Origin: Prevotella sp.
GTDB lineage: Bacteria; Bacteroidota; Bacteroidia; Bacteroidales; Dysgonomonadaceae
Direction of reading: 5' to 3'
Length of the DNA: 64,000 bases
Assembly (NCBI GenBank): GCA_031285625.1
Contig: JAITVV010000095.1
Coordinates: forward strand, 1 to 64,000
Shown here: positions 8,155 to 17,529 of the stretch, piece by piece
Layout: each line of letters opens with the position of its first letter
Position numbering within the stretch: the stretch's first letter is position 1
The notes under the pieces: model-generated
Seen by the model: only the letters and a program-made list of their open reading frames with translations
What the model was told of the DNA's origin: nothing
The model's database searches: none
Made by a program: the position numbers and the translations under genes

Positions 8155-9915
8155 ATGTCAGGACTGAATACGGTTGAAACAACAGTAATTGTAGCGGGAA
8201 AGCGGGTACATTTTGTCCGTTTGCACCTTTTCCAGAAATTCAACACCCACCACCATGTAGAAATTGAAATCGACTACGAGGAATTTGGTGACAAATGGAT
8301 GGAAAACCCGGTGAAACTGATTAATTATATCGGGGAGAGCATCAACATCACGATGAAGCACAAACAGACAGGAGAAGAGAATCTGTTTATGGGAATTGTT
8401 ACCAATGTTTCGTTTTCCGGTTATCACGGCAACCAGAATTCGATAATCATCACCGGAGCGTCTACAACGATCAAACTGGACGGTAAGCCCGCAATGGATT
8501 CGTTCATGGATCTGTCCCTGCAACTGATAGTGCAGGAGGCTGTTTCCAATTCCGGCAACGGCGGCTCGGTTATTGCCAAGCCCAAATTCAGTTCAACACT
8601 GGACTACATCTGCCAGTACAACGAAAGTTGCTGGGATTTCCTGAACCGTTTGTCGTGGCAGTTCGGAGAATGGCTTTTTTATGACGGTCTGAACTGCTAT
8701 TTCGGTCTCAAATACGGTGATGACACAAAACTGGAATACGACAGGGAAATGACTTATTTTGACTTGAACGCCAATCTTTCGCCTCAGAAGTTTACCCGTT
8801 ACCAGTACCTGCACCACGATGGCAAGGAGATTGAGGAAAACGACCCTTTGGATGTTCCGGGTGTTCGCGGTTACCTGAAAGCATCGAAAGGGCGTTCCGA
8901 ATCCGTCTATACCTCTGATGTCAAAATACCGTTGATGCCTGATGTGAATACCCAAAAAGACCTTGACGATCTGGTCAAGGCTGAAAAAAGCCGTGCGGTG
9001 GGCGAAATGCTTGTCGTCCGGGGCAAAACGCAGACCTGCAAGGTGAAGATTGGCGGTGTTGTTACCGTCCGGATGCCCGAAAGGATGGGAATACTGACAA
9101 GTGTTGACCGATTTCTGGTAACTGAAATCACGCATATTGTCGATCAGAAGGGGCATTACAGCAACTCTTTTTCCGGTATTGTAGACGGAATAGAGGCTAT
9201 CCCTATGGTGGAGCCAAAGATACCGGTAGCCCTGCCGCAGATAGCGACAGTAATGAGCAATGATGACGAAAGGAGACACGGTCGTGTAAAGGTGCAGACA
9301 CAGTGGCAGAAATCCAAACACAAGACAACCAACTGGATACGGGTTCAGACACCCGATGCGGGAAGTAGCGACAAGGTTCCGAATAATCGCGGACTGGTTA
9401 CAATTCCCGAAAAGGACGATCTGGTAATGCTCGGTTTTGAGTACGGCGACCCGAGCCGCCCCTACGTTGCGGGAAGTATCTTTTCGGAACGGATAAGTCA
9501 GGGAGGTGGTACGGGTAACAGTGTAAAAAGCATGACAACACGGAGCGGCAGTACGGTTACTTTTGATGACGGTAAAGGGAGTGTTCTCATTAAGGATAAA
9601 GCAGGGTCGGAAAGCAAGATAATACTGGATGGTGAAAAAAACATTCAAGTAGAATCCGATAAGTCGGTAGATGTGAATGTTGGAAAAGGGAAATGCATTT
9701 TACATTTGCAAGATGATGGAACAACAACAATAACTGCCGAAAATAAAATAGAATTTAAGGTAGGAGGAAATATTTTCACCATGACTCCGGATTCTACATC
9801 ATTAAATACACCAACATCTGTTTCTATAAAAAGTGCCAATAACTCTATCACCGGAAAGAATCACATCACCGGTGGTAATACAAAAATAGATGGCGGTGAT
9901 GTGTTTGTAAATTAA
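8155..9915 (+). CDS. vgrG: Type VI secretion spike protein VgrG/TssI (Bacteroidota T6SSiii type)
   Basis: QYNESCWDFLNRL; GRVKVQ; WIRVQTPDAG; IPEKDDLVMLGFEYGDPSRPYVAGS; TRSGSTVTFDD; C-terminal beta-helix repeats. Confidence 0.92.
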   Translation: MSGLNTVETTVIVAGKRVHFVRLHLFQKFNTHHHVEIEIDYEEFGDKWMENPVKLINYIGESINITMKHKQTGEENLFMGIVTNVSFSGYHGNQNSIIITGASTTIKLDGKPAMDSFMDLSLQLIVQEAVSNSGNGGSVIAKPKFSSTLDYICQYNESCWDFLNRLSWQFGEWLFYDGLNCYFGLKYGDDTKLEYDREMTYFDLNANLSPQKFTRYQYLHHDGKEIEENDPLDVPGVRGYLKASKGRSESVYTSDVKIPLMPDVNTQKDLDDLVKAEKSRAVGEMLVVRGKTQTCKVKIGGVVTVRMPERMGILTSVDRFLVTEITHIVDQKGHYSNSFSGIVDGIEAIPMVEPKIPVALPQIATVMSNDDERRHGRVKVQTQWQKSKHKTTNWIRVQTPDAGSSDKVPNNRGLVTIPEKDDLVMLGFEYGDPSRPYVAGSIFSERISQGGGTGNSVKSMTTRSGSTVTFDDGKGSVLIKDKAGSESKIILDGEKNIQVESDKSVDVNVGKGKCILHLQDDGTTTITAENKIEFKVGGNIFTMTPDSTSLNTPTSVSIKSANNSITGKNHITGGNTKIDGGDVFVN

Positions 9916-9921
9916 ACGGAT

Positions 9922-10878
9922 ATGAGGATTTTTGATAAAAAACGGATAGAGTTTAAAAAGCCGTTCGTTGAAAAATACCGGTTAACAATTACTTCCGATA
10001 TTCAAACGGGTAATATGCCGATTCAGAGTAAAGCCGTCATCCGGTGGGAAGTGAAAGTAAAATCAGTTGATGAAAATCATATCAACATCGAAATCATTAT
10101 GCTTGATAATGAATTGATTGAATACAACAACCCACTGGTTAAAAGCATGGCGGATATGAATAAAGTTCTTTCTGGCATGTGGTCTGAACTTGACTTGGTT
10201 CTTGACAAGAGATACAAGTTAGTGAAAGTAAATAATTTGGAATTGCTCAAAGAAAAATGGGAATGGATAAAATCCGAAATGAAAAATCTGTTAAGTGAAG
10301 AGCCGGAATTGATTTCAAGAATCATTGACCTGAATGATAGAAATTTTGAAAATCAGGATGTGGTTGTTAACCTTATCCAAAACAGTGAATTTTTCCTTAT
10401 TTACTTTCATCATGTATTTGGAAGCAGTTACAATTCGGTAAGTGACAGGGTAAAAAATAAAAATATCTTTAATACGGCTTTAATAGACTGGTCATATAGA
10501 GTTGATAGAGTTAATACGAGCGACGACATATATCTGTTCAATGTGGAGGGGTATGTAGAAACAAGCCTGAACCGAAACTGGGTGAAGGAATCCTACAAAG
10601 CCTTTACCCATCTTGATTTGGACAGGATTCAACCTGTAATGACCGAAGAAGGCGAATACCGGATAGATGAGGAAACCGGAAAAATAGTTACGGCATATCT
10701 GAAAAAAAAGGAAATTGCCCATCCGAAAATACTGCATGGCACCATTCGTTATGAATTGCAGTTGGAAGAATCCGAAAAAAAGGAACAGGTATTTAATCAG
10801 ACTCAAGCCGGACGGGAAATAACTGTAGAAAAGCCCAAAGGGGATAATCCATCCCATTCATTTATTATTGACGACTAA
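9922..10878 (+). CDS. Hypothetical protein between vgrG and the effector (candidate adaptor/chaperone)
   Basis: 318-aa ORF closely spaced to vgrG and the effector; no signal peptide; function inferred from position only. Confidence 0.6.
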   Translation: MRIFDKKRIEFKKPFVEKYRLTITSDIQTGNMPIQSKAVIRWEVKVKSVDENHINIEIIMLDNELIEYNNPLVKSMADMNKVLSGMWSELDLVLDKRYKLVKVNNLELLKEKWEWIKSEMKNLLSEEPELISRIIDLNDRNFENQDVVVNLIQNSEFFLIYFHHVFGSSYNSVSDRVKNKNIFNTALIDWSYRVDRVNTSDDIYLFNVEGYVETSLNRNWVKESYKAFTHLDLDRIQPVMTEEGEYRIDEETGKIVTAYLKKKEIAHPKILHGTIRYELQLEESEKKEQVFNQTQAGREITVEKPKGDNPSHSFIIDD

Positions 10879-10893
10879 AAACTGAAAAACAGG

Positions 10894-12408
10894 ATGGGAA
10901 ACAAAATAATTACAGAGGATGACTTTTTCCAGTGTTCCGGCGGAATGTTGCCGTCCCCTTTTCAATCCAGGCAGTCAATTGTAAAAAAGGCGGATTCGGC
11001 GAAGTATATCACAAAAATGGATATAAGTACCGTTAGTTGGGTAGATTTTGGCTGTAAAAAACTTATGTTACTTTATGCTGTGGTAGCGGCGGTAGCGGCG
11101 CTTGTGGCGGCATTATGTGTTGCTACTGGAGGAGCGGCTTTGATAGCCATTTGTGCCATTGCCGGTGCAGCGGGTGCGATTTTCGGAGCTGTAGTGGGGT
11201 CGCTGATTTGTGGCCAACTAGTTGCCCCCACGCGCCAGTGGATTGGAAGCAAAAGCAATTTCCAGATACTGGGAATAGATACAATTACAGGCGACCATTT
11301 TATGAGATGCGATGCTTTTGTAATGTTGGGTATGAATCCCGAATTCATTACCTTTGCACCGAATATCAAAAGTTGGGGGCAGGCAATAGCATTGGGGGCT
11401 GCCAATTTTATCGGCAAGGTCTTTGAGGGAATGATGGCAGGCGCTTTAATAGGTACTGCGGGAGCAGCGTTCAGCGGACTGGTGGGAGCAGGTGCAGCCG
11501 GAGGATGGTCGGGTGTCGGCAGGGTGGTTTTACAGTTTGTCAAATCAATACCTAAAAATTTTATCGGTAACATTGTCGAAAGTTTTTCCGCTTTTGGTTT
11601 GGGAATGCGAGGCGTAATGAGCGCACAAAATGTGCTTGCCACCTATGGCGAAACGGGCGAAATGAGTGCAGAAACCTTTAATCAATCTGTGAAAGACGGT
11701 TTTTGGAGTATGGAAACCGGTGCAATAGAAAGTGTGACAAGTGTATGTTCCGGTCAGGGTACATGGCAGGATATTGGCGGCATCGTTTTGATGTTTTCAC
11801 CTGTCGGTAAGGGGAAAAGAGACCTTGAAGACGGTCTGTCGGGTAAAGCCGATGATATGGCAAACAGGGCGGACGATGCAGACGGACGAACCAAAGACGG
11901 CGATGAGATTACAGCAAAACGGCAGACAGATGCGGAAACCTCTTCTAAAAAAGAAGATGGCGATGCGTATGAAATGGGAAGTACGAGTAAGAAGCCTTCC
12001 TATCAACATGGGCAAAGTGATGGAGGTCCCGGTACATGGGAACATAGAACAACACCTGATAAAAATGGCAGTGCTGCATATCAAGAAAAAGTAACCGGAT
12101 CCCCGAAAGATACTGAATATGTGGTAACGACGGACAAAATGTCAAGTGGTGAAAAGAAATTTGATGGTTATGATCCTGAAACAAATACATTGATAGATGC
12201 TAAGAAATGGGATGATTTTCCACCAGAAGGACAAAAATGGGCAGAAGATAAAATAGTAAAAGAAGCTCGAAATGATGCCGAAATTGCTGGAGAAGCAGGA
12301 TGTGATTTAGAATGGCATGTACCGACGAAAGAAAGGGCAACTCAGTTGGAAAAAATATTTAGAAAAAATAAGATAGAAGGAATAGACGTGAAAGTAACAC
12401 CCAAATAA
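10894..12408 (+). CDS. PAAR-like (DUF4280) T6SS effector with hydrophobic segments and a C-terminal Tox-REase-5 nuclease
   Basis: N-terminal CSGGMLPS / DFGC / C..W / MRC pattern; C-terminal AYQEKVTG..EY..KFDG..LIDAK..LEWHV (PD-(D/E)xK REase-5). Confidence 0.82.
   Translation: MGNKIITEDDFFQCSGGMLPSPFQSRQSIVKKADSAKYITKMDISTVSWVDFGCKKLMLLYAVVAAVAALVAALCVATGGAALIAICAIAGAAGAIFGAVVGSLICGQLVAPTRQWIGSKSNFQILGIDTITGDHFMRCDAFVMLGMNPEFITFAPNIKSWGQAIALGAANFIGKVFEGMMAGALIGTAGAAFSGLVGAGAAGGWSGVGRVVLQFVKSIPKNFIGNIVESFSAFGLGMRGVMSAQNVLATYGETGEMSAETFNQSVKDGFWSMETGAIESVTSVCSGQGTWQDIGGIVLMFSPVGKGKRDLEDGLSGKADDMANRADDADGRTKDGDEITAKRQTDAETSSKKEDGDAYEMGSTSKKPSYQHGQSDGGPGTWEHRTTPDKNGSAAYQEKVTGSPKDTEYVVTTDKMSSGEKKFDGYDPETNTLIDAKKWDDFPPEGQKWAEDKIVKEARNDAEIAGEAGCDLEWHVPTKERATQLEKIFRKNKIEGIDVKVTPK
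11879..11979 (+). repeat. 101-bp direct repeat, copy 1 (effector linker just before the toxin domain)
   Basis: cagacggacgaacc...gcgtatgaaatggga, identical to 13175-13275. Confidence 0.95.
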
Positions 12409-12417
12409 ATTATAAAA

Positions 12418-13170
12418 ATGGAAGAAATAGATATTTTAACAAGATTCCCTAATAGGGAAATGACGGCAAGAGAATATCTTATGTTCTCAAAAAATATACT
12501 GTTGCAATTAAAATCATTTAGTAGTGATTTTAATGCGTTATATGCATGGGGCTCGGAAACAAATATGGGAAGGTATCTAAAAGATGATTTAAGTGACTTT
12601 GAATCAGTTGTTTTTAATCAATTAAAGGATGATAATATTGCTTATTCAAATCCAGACAAATCAAATAAAAAATTCACATTGGACTCTAAATGCTTTATAG
12701 GGTACAATAACTCTTATTCGACAAATGATAATTATAAGCAAAGTCAAATAACTGTAACCATAGGAGCAGGTAAAGAAAACCCGAGCAATGATGATGTGGG
12801 AATATTAAATTTTGAATTTTCGGAAATTTTGCAATCTAAACTGAATTTGCCAAACTTGATACAACTACTTGAGTTTAGTATAAATTTGGTCAATCCTTAT
12901 TACGGCACTATTTCATCTTTTGAATTTGGTAAAAAAACAAATAAAAAGAAAGATAATATAGAAATAGGATGGATTACTTATATTTTCAATAAAGAAGTCT
13001 TTAAATTATTGCCAAAAAATGTAGGAAAAAAGATTTTATCAAATGGTGGAGTTATTTTTTGGTTGTCGGAAGAAAGACCATTAAGTACAAATGAAAGAGC
13101 TGTGCAAAAAGCAATTGAAATAAGAAATATTTTAGCGGAGCATGAATTTTTGAATAATGGTTTTGAATAA
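12418..13170 (+). CDS. Immunity protein, Imm52-like
   Basis: Directly downstream of Tox-REase-5; IGWITY and NGGVI motifs; AT-rich. Confidence 0.72.
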   Translation: MEEIDILTRFPNREMTAREYLMFSKNILLQLKSFSSDFNALYAWGSETNMGRYLKDDLSDFESVVFNQLKDDNIAYSNPDKSNKKFTLDSKCFIGYNNSYSTNDNYKQSQITVTIGAGKENPSNDDVGILNFEFSEILQSKLNLPNLIQLLEFSINLVNPYYGTISSFEFGKKTNKKKDNIEIGWITYIFNKEVFKLLPKNVGKKILSNGGVIFWLSEERPLSTNERAVQKAIEIRNILAEHEFLNNGFE

Positions 13171-13174
13171 TTTA

Positions 13175-13275
13175 CAGACGGACGAACCAAAGACGGCGAT
13201 GAGATTACAGCAAAACGGCAGACAGATGCGGAAACCTCTTCTAAAAAAGAAGATGGCGATGCGTATGAAATGGGA
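13175..13275 (+). repeat. 101-bp direct repeat, copy 2 (leads into the orphan toxin tip)
   Basis: Identical to 11879-11979 and in frame with ORF 13270-13698. Confidence 0.95.
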
Positions 13276-13698
13276 TTAGGTAAGTTTGAAGGGGATCCTG
13301 CCAGAGATTATTATGGAAGTGGAATAGAATCTCATCCTGTTGAATGGCAGATGATAATTAATGATTTAAAAACAAAAGGTGTTGAAATTAAGTATAATAG
13401 TGAAGGGCAATTAGCGTATGCACCTAATTTTGAAAGCGGATATCCTGGACAAATACATTTAGATCCCAATGCTTCATATAGTGCATTAATTCATGAGTAT
13501 CAACATTTTTTAGACGACATGGACAATGGATATCCCGGATTTAGTGAATCTCTAAGAAATTCAGATTACCGGGCACAAATGGAAATTGATGCCTACAATA
13601 AAGAGATTGAATTAGCAAATACTAATGGAAATGGTGAGCTTGCCATAGAATTAGAGCAATTAAAACAAAATGAAATAAATCGTATTTATGGAAGATAA
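13270..13698 (+). CDS. Orphan toxin C-terminal cassette, zincin-like HExxH domain
   Basis: SALIHEYQHFLDD...MEIDAY; begins at the YEMG junction shared with the full effector. Confidence 0.7.
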   Translation: MGLGKFEGDPARDYYGSGIESHPVEWQMIINDLKTKGVEIKYNSEGQLAYAPNFESGYPGQIHLDPNASYSALIHEYQHFLDDMDNGYPGFSESLRNSDYRAQMEIDAYNKEIELANTNGNGELAIELEQLKQNEINRIYGR

Positions 13699-14071
13699 TA
13701 AAAATATTTTTGGGAAGAAACGTTCTTTTTGTGATGGTATTCCGGATTATCATCAACTAAGTATTGTTGAATTAGAAGAAAAATTATCAAATAATTCAGG
13801 ATACATAAAATCGCAAGTCCTGATAGAGCTTGCAAATAGAAATCAGTTTGATTATTTACACCGTGCAATTATCAATAAAGAGTATCAGCAACTGAAAGCA
13901 TTATCTATTTTTAATGTTGCTCAAATAGCCGGTTTAGCAATCATTGATTATGGAACAAAGGCAGATATAATAAAGTTAAGAAATGAACTAAAAACATGGT
14001 CGGAATATCAAATAGAGACTTTTGATAATTATCTAAAAAAAAGTGGAGTAAATATATTTGAATTTGAATAA
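13688..14071 (+). CDS. Putative cognate immunity protein of the orphan HExxH toxin
   Basis: Overlaps the toxin stop; 127 aa, AT-rich; role inferred from position. Confidence 0.6.
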   Translation: MEDNKNIFGKKRSFCDGIPDYHQLSIVELEEKLSNNSGYIKSQVLIELANRNQFDYLHRAIINKEYQQLKALSIFNVAQIAGLAIIDYGTKADIIKLRNELKTWSEYQIETFDNYLKKSGVNIFEFE

Positions 14072-14222
14072 AAAATACAAAGTAGTAACTTCAATTTGCG
14101 AAAATAACAAAGATATAGATTGTACTTTATCATATTCATTAGAAGAGTCTATATATATCATGAAAAAGTCGAGAAAAACAATCAATAGACATCGCCTAAT
14201 TGATCCGGATTGATACACATAT

Positions 14223-14540
14223 ATGCAAAACAATGAGGCATATCAGCAAGAACTGCGGGACAGAATAAATCACACTCAAAAATTTATTCAGGAGAGGATT
14301 GTCTCGTTAGAAAATTTATGGAATGTATGGCTTTCCGGCTCTTTGGGAGATGATGAGGATATGTTACGCATGATTTTGGAGCTGTTGCTGCTTGCCTCTC
14401 AAATTCCAGAAGGAAAGTCATTATTCATCAGTGCATTGGAACATTCAAAAAAGAATCATCCACAGTTAGCCGACGAACTGTGGGAGGCATTCGATGATTG
14501 GGATAAAATTCATAAAACAGATTTTTTTTGGCTTGAGTAA
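14223..14540 (+). CDS. Hypothetical small helical acidic protein (possible orphan immunity gene or fragment)
   Basis: 105-aa ORF at the end of the toxin array. Confidence 0.45.
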   Translation: MQNNEAYQQELRDRINHTQKFIQERIVSLENLWNVWLSGSLGDDEDMLRMILELLLLASQIPEGKSLFISALEHSKKNHPQLADELWEAFDDWDKIHKTDFFWLE

Positions 14541-14554
14541 AATAATCACGCCAG

Positions 14555-14872
14555 TCAACTTGCATTTACATCCTCCGTCCCCTTTTCTTTTGCATCTTCT
14601 TCCTCTGCGCTGCTCCTGCTCACGAACAAAGTTTTCTTCTTCAAAATCGTTGCATTGGATGGATTCATATCCAAAAGACCGAACACCGAACCACCGTCTG
14701 AACCTTGATTTTTGTGATTCTCATAATTGGAAAATTCGGTCGTATTTTTCATATTATTCTTATATTCAGACAAATTACCTTCTTGATTGAATAAATCATA
14801 AAATACGTTTACCGAAAACTCCTTGCTCAACCGTGAACTGTTCAGCATGGTACGGTATTCTCCGTAAGCCAC
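14555..14872 (-). pseudogene. Remnant of a MobB-like relaxase
   Basis: YGEYRTML joined to NSSRLSKEFSVNVF (recalled MobB motif NGSRLGKEFSAN), then GGSVFGLL; N-terminal relaxase domain absent. Confidence 0.5.
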
Positions 14873-15049
14873 CCGTCAAGTGCATGTTTTTTAGTCCACT
14901 TGTGGTCTTTAGCTTTAACAATCTCCCCCGCACAGAATGAATGAACTGGCGGGAGTAATTCATATAGAAAGACTATCCTCAAGGCGGAACTTCTGTTGTT
15001 AATTCCAACGTAGATAAAGCTTAGGCTGAACAAGGAGAGGTGTGTAACA

Positions 15050-15460
15050 TTAAATATCTGCATTCTCAATTATGGCTTTTTCGATCCAATCTTCATTCAT
15101 GTGTTTCAAAATATTATTATATCTAATTTTATTATCCTCTAAGACTAGTTCAAAGTCTTGTTCCCAATCCCCTAAAGCATATATCTGCTGGTAAATATAA
15201 AATATATCAGCATTTGAGAATCTTATAAAAAAGGCTATTGTTTCATCTTCTTTTATTTCTTGGATATATACATTTGATATTAAGAGTTTAGGGTACTCAA
15301 TTTTATTCCATTTGTATAACCTGGGTACATTCTCTTGTTTTGAGAAAATAAATTTTGAAGAATCGAACAATAAATATTCTTTATTTTTTCTATCATCTAT
15401 TATAATGTTATTTGCTCCAATTTTTAACAGCAGTGCCTGTTGCTTACCTCCAACTCATAA
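15050..15460 (-). pseudogene. AT-rich hypothetical gene, probably 5'-truncated
   Basis: ORF 15050-15370 stays open upstream to about 15455 with no good start codon. Confidence 0.35.
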
Positions 15461-15604
15461 AACCATGTGCAATTTGCCTAAAACAAACAATAAAAAAACA
15501 AACACGAGGTCTTCCCCCGCAAATATACCAAATAATTGAACCACTGAAAAATATATCGAAAATACTATTTTGATTCTTCAATAATACCCCCATTTCTCCT
15601 CTCA

Positions 15605-15634
15605 CCCTACCACTGGAGTGCCAAGCACTACCAC
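15605..15634 (+). promoter_or_regulatory. Candidate activator (RteC-type) box upstream of the DUF3945 gene
   Basis: CCCTACCACT-gGAg-TGCCAA-gcac-TACCAC; 24/30 identical to 26707-26736. Confidence 0.5.
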
Positions 15635-15722
15635 TCCTTTAAAAATCAATCATTTCCTCATTTTTCTCCTCTACATTCGCTCTCGGTTACATCAATGTCG
15701 ATGTAATTTAAAACATTTTTAT

Positions 15723-17384
15723 ATGGATCAAGATTTGAAAGACCGGGAAGTATTACTGGTCGTAGAAAAAGACGGCAACGAACTGAAAGCCGTTACAGGA
15801 CTGAACAAGGACGGCACGCCCAAGACCGTCAAGCCCGAAGCGAAAAATGAGCCGGAGTTCCTGAAAGTGGACAAGCACGGCGATATGCTGGAGAACTTCT
15901 TCGAGAATTTTATGCGTCAGGTGAAGGAACCGACCCATTTTCACTTCTTCAAAGTACCGCTGGAGAAAATGGAAAAGATGGTGATAGGCTTGCAGGAGTT
16001 GTTGAAGAACCCCGACAATCCAACGAATAAACAGATGCTGGACGAGCACAGGCTTATGCCGGAGAACTTAGCCCCCAAACCCTATCAGGCGATAGACGAA
16101 TCCCGCATCGACTGGGAACAGCTAAAAAGTATCGGCGTTACCCGTGAGCAACTTGTTAAAAGTGGTTCTTTAGACAAGATGCTCAACTGGCAGAAGTCCC
16201 CCGTGCTGTTTCCCATCGAAGGAAACCTGCACGGTGTTCATATCCAGACCGATGCCCGTTTGTCTCTCCGTGAGAATGTCGCAGGCGAATTGAGCCTGCG
16301 CGTACACTCCGTCCGCCAGCATCCCGAACTGGATAAGGGCCTGTATGCTTCCCAACTCACCGAAGAGGACAAAAAGAACCTGCTGGAAAAAGGGCATGCC
16401 GGACGCCTGATTGAATTTACCATTGGTAAGGATAATGCCGGCAACGACAAGGCTATCAACGCTTATGCCTCGATAGATAAGATGACCAATGAACTGGTCA
16501 TCTTAAATGCCGAAAAGATTAAAATTCCCGATGAACTCAAAGGCGTGAAGCTCTCCGAACAGCAGAAGCAGGAACTTCGGGAAGGCAAGGGCGTGTATAT
16601 TGAAAACATGCTATCCAAAAATCTCAAGCCATTCAATGCCACCGTACAGGTGAGTGCAGAAAAACGGGGGCTGGAGTTTGATTTTCCCGATACGCAGCGA
16701 CAGGCTCAGACCCAAAACGATAGAATCAAGCAGGGAGAAGCCCCCGATACGTTTCGCAGAGTCAAGCTGAGCGAAGACCAGAAAACAAGCCTCAAAGACG
16801 GCTATGCAGTGTATGTCTCCGGCATGGTGGATAAGAAAGGGCGGAATTACAGCGGGTATATGACGATGGACAGGGAAAAGGGCGAAATCAACTTCATGTT
16901 TCCCGGTTTGTACAAGGATGCCCTGAAAAATGGTCTTGTCGTTCCCGACAGCCGCCACAAGGTGCAAGTAGCCGCCAATAACGAAGGAGCGAAAACCGAA
17001 GTGAACAAAAAGGTGGACGAACCGATGAAGCAGGGGCAATCCCAGCCGACCGAAAAACAGATGAAGAACCTGTCGAATGACAAGGAGAAACTGCAATTCA
17101 TAGCCACGTTTGGATATGATGGGGTAGCCAATCACCTCGATAGCAATAAAGTATTCAATCGTTCATTTATGGAAAAATACAATCTCAAAAAGGATTATGA
17201 CATGGCACATACCATAGCTTACAATTCCACCTTTGCCGATACCGTAGCAGGAGAGGAATCCAGTTTGAAAGAAAGCAGAAAGTATGGAGAGAAAATGCAA
17301 GAAACAGCTACCAAAGAGTTGTCTAAACAGGAACAAAAGCAGGAACAATCCGCTCCGAAAGCATCAAAAGGACGCAAAATATAG
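15723..17384 (+). CDS. DUF4099/DUF3945 domain protein of Bacteroidota ICEs
   Basis: Start MDQDLKDREV; FLKVDKHGDMLENFFENF; IDESRIDWEQL; TDARLSL; KIPDELKGVKLS; QVAANNEGAKTE. Confidence 0.88.
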   Translation: MDQDLKDREVLLVVEKDGNELKAVTGLNKDGTPKTVKPEAKNEPEFLKVDKHGDMLENFFENFMRQVKEPTHFHFFKVPLEKMEKMVIGLQELLKNPDNPTNKQMLDEHRLMPENLAPKPYQAIDESRIDWEQLKSIGVTREQLVKSGSLDKMLNWQKSPVLFPIEGNLHGVHIQTDARLSLRENVAGELSLRVHSVRQHPELDKGLYASQLTEEDKKNLLEKGHAGRLIEFTIGKDNAGNDKAINAYASIDKMTNELVILNAEKIKIPDELKGVKLSEQQKQELREGKGVYIENMLSKNLKPFNATVQVSAEKRGLEFDFPDTQRQAQTQNDRIKQGEAPDTFRRVKLSEDQKTSLKDGYAVYVSGMVDKKGRNYSGYMTMDREKGEINFMFPGLYKDALKNGLVVPDSRHKVQVAANNEGAKTEVNKKVDEPMKQGQSQPTEKQMKNLSNDKEKLQFIATFGYDGVANHLDSNKVFNRSFMEKYNLKKDYDMAHTIAYNSTFADTVAGEESSLKESRKYGEKMQETATKELSKQEQKQEQSAPKASKGRKI

Positions 17385-17529
17385 CGACTCTTTCCAATTC
17401 CATTATCCACAAATTAATTCAAAGTATAAATGAGGGAAATAGCTATATTTTGCGAAGACAGGATATAGCTCATCTTGATAATATAAAACAAGTTTTTTAT
17501 TATGCTCAATTTACGCTATATTTGCCACA

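Noticed and set aside
8593-9648. 351-aa antisense ORF in vgrG, and similar antisense ORFs in the helicase and integrases
   Set aside because: Fully overlap well-supported genes on the opposite strand and show no protein-like motifs.
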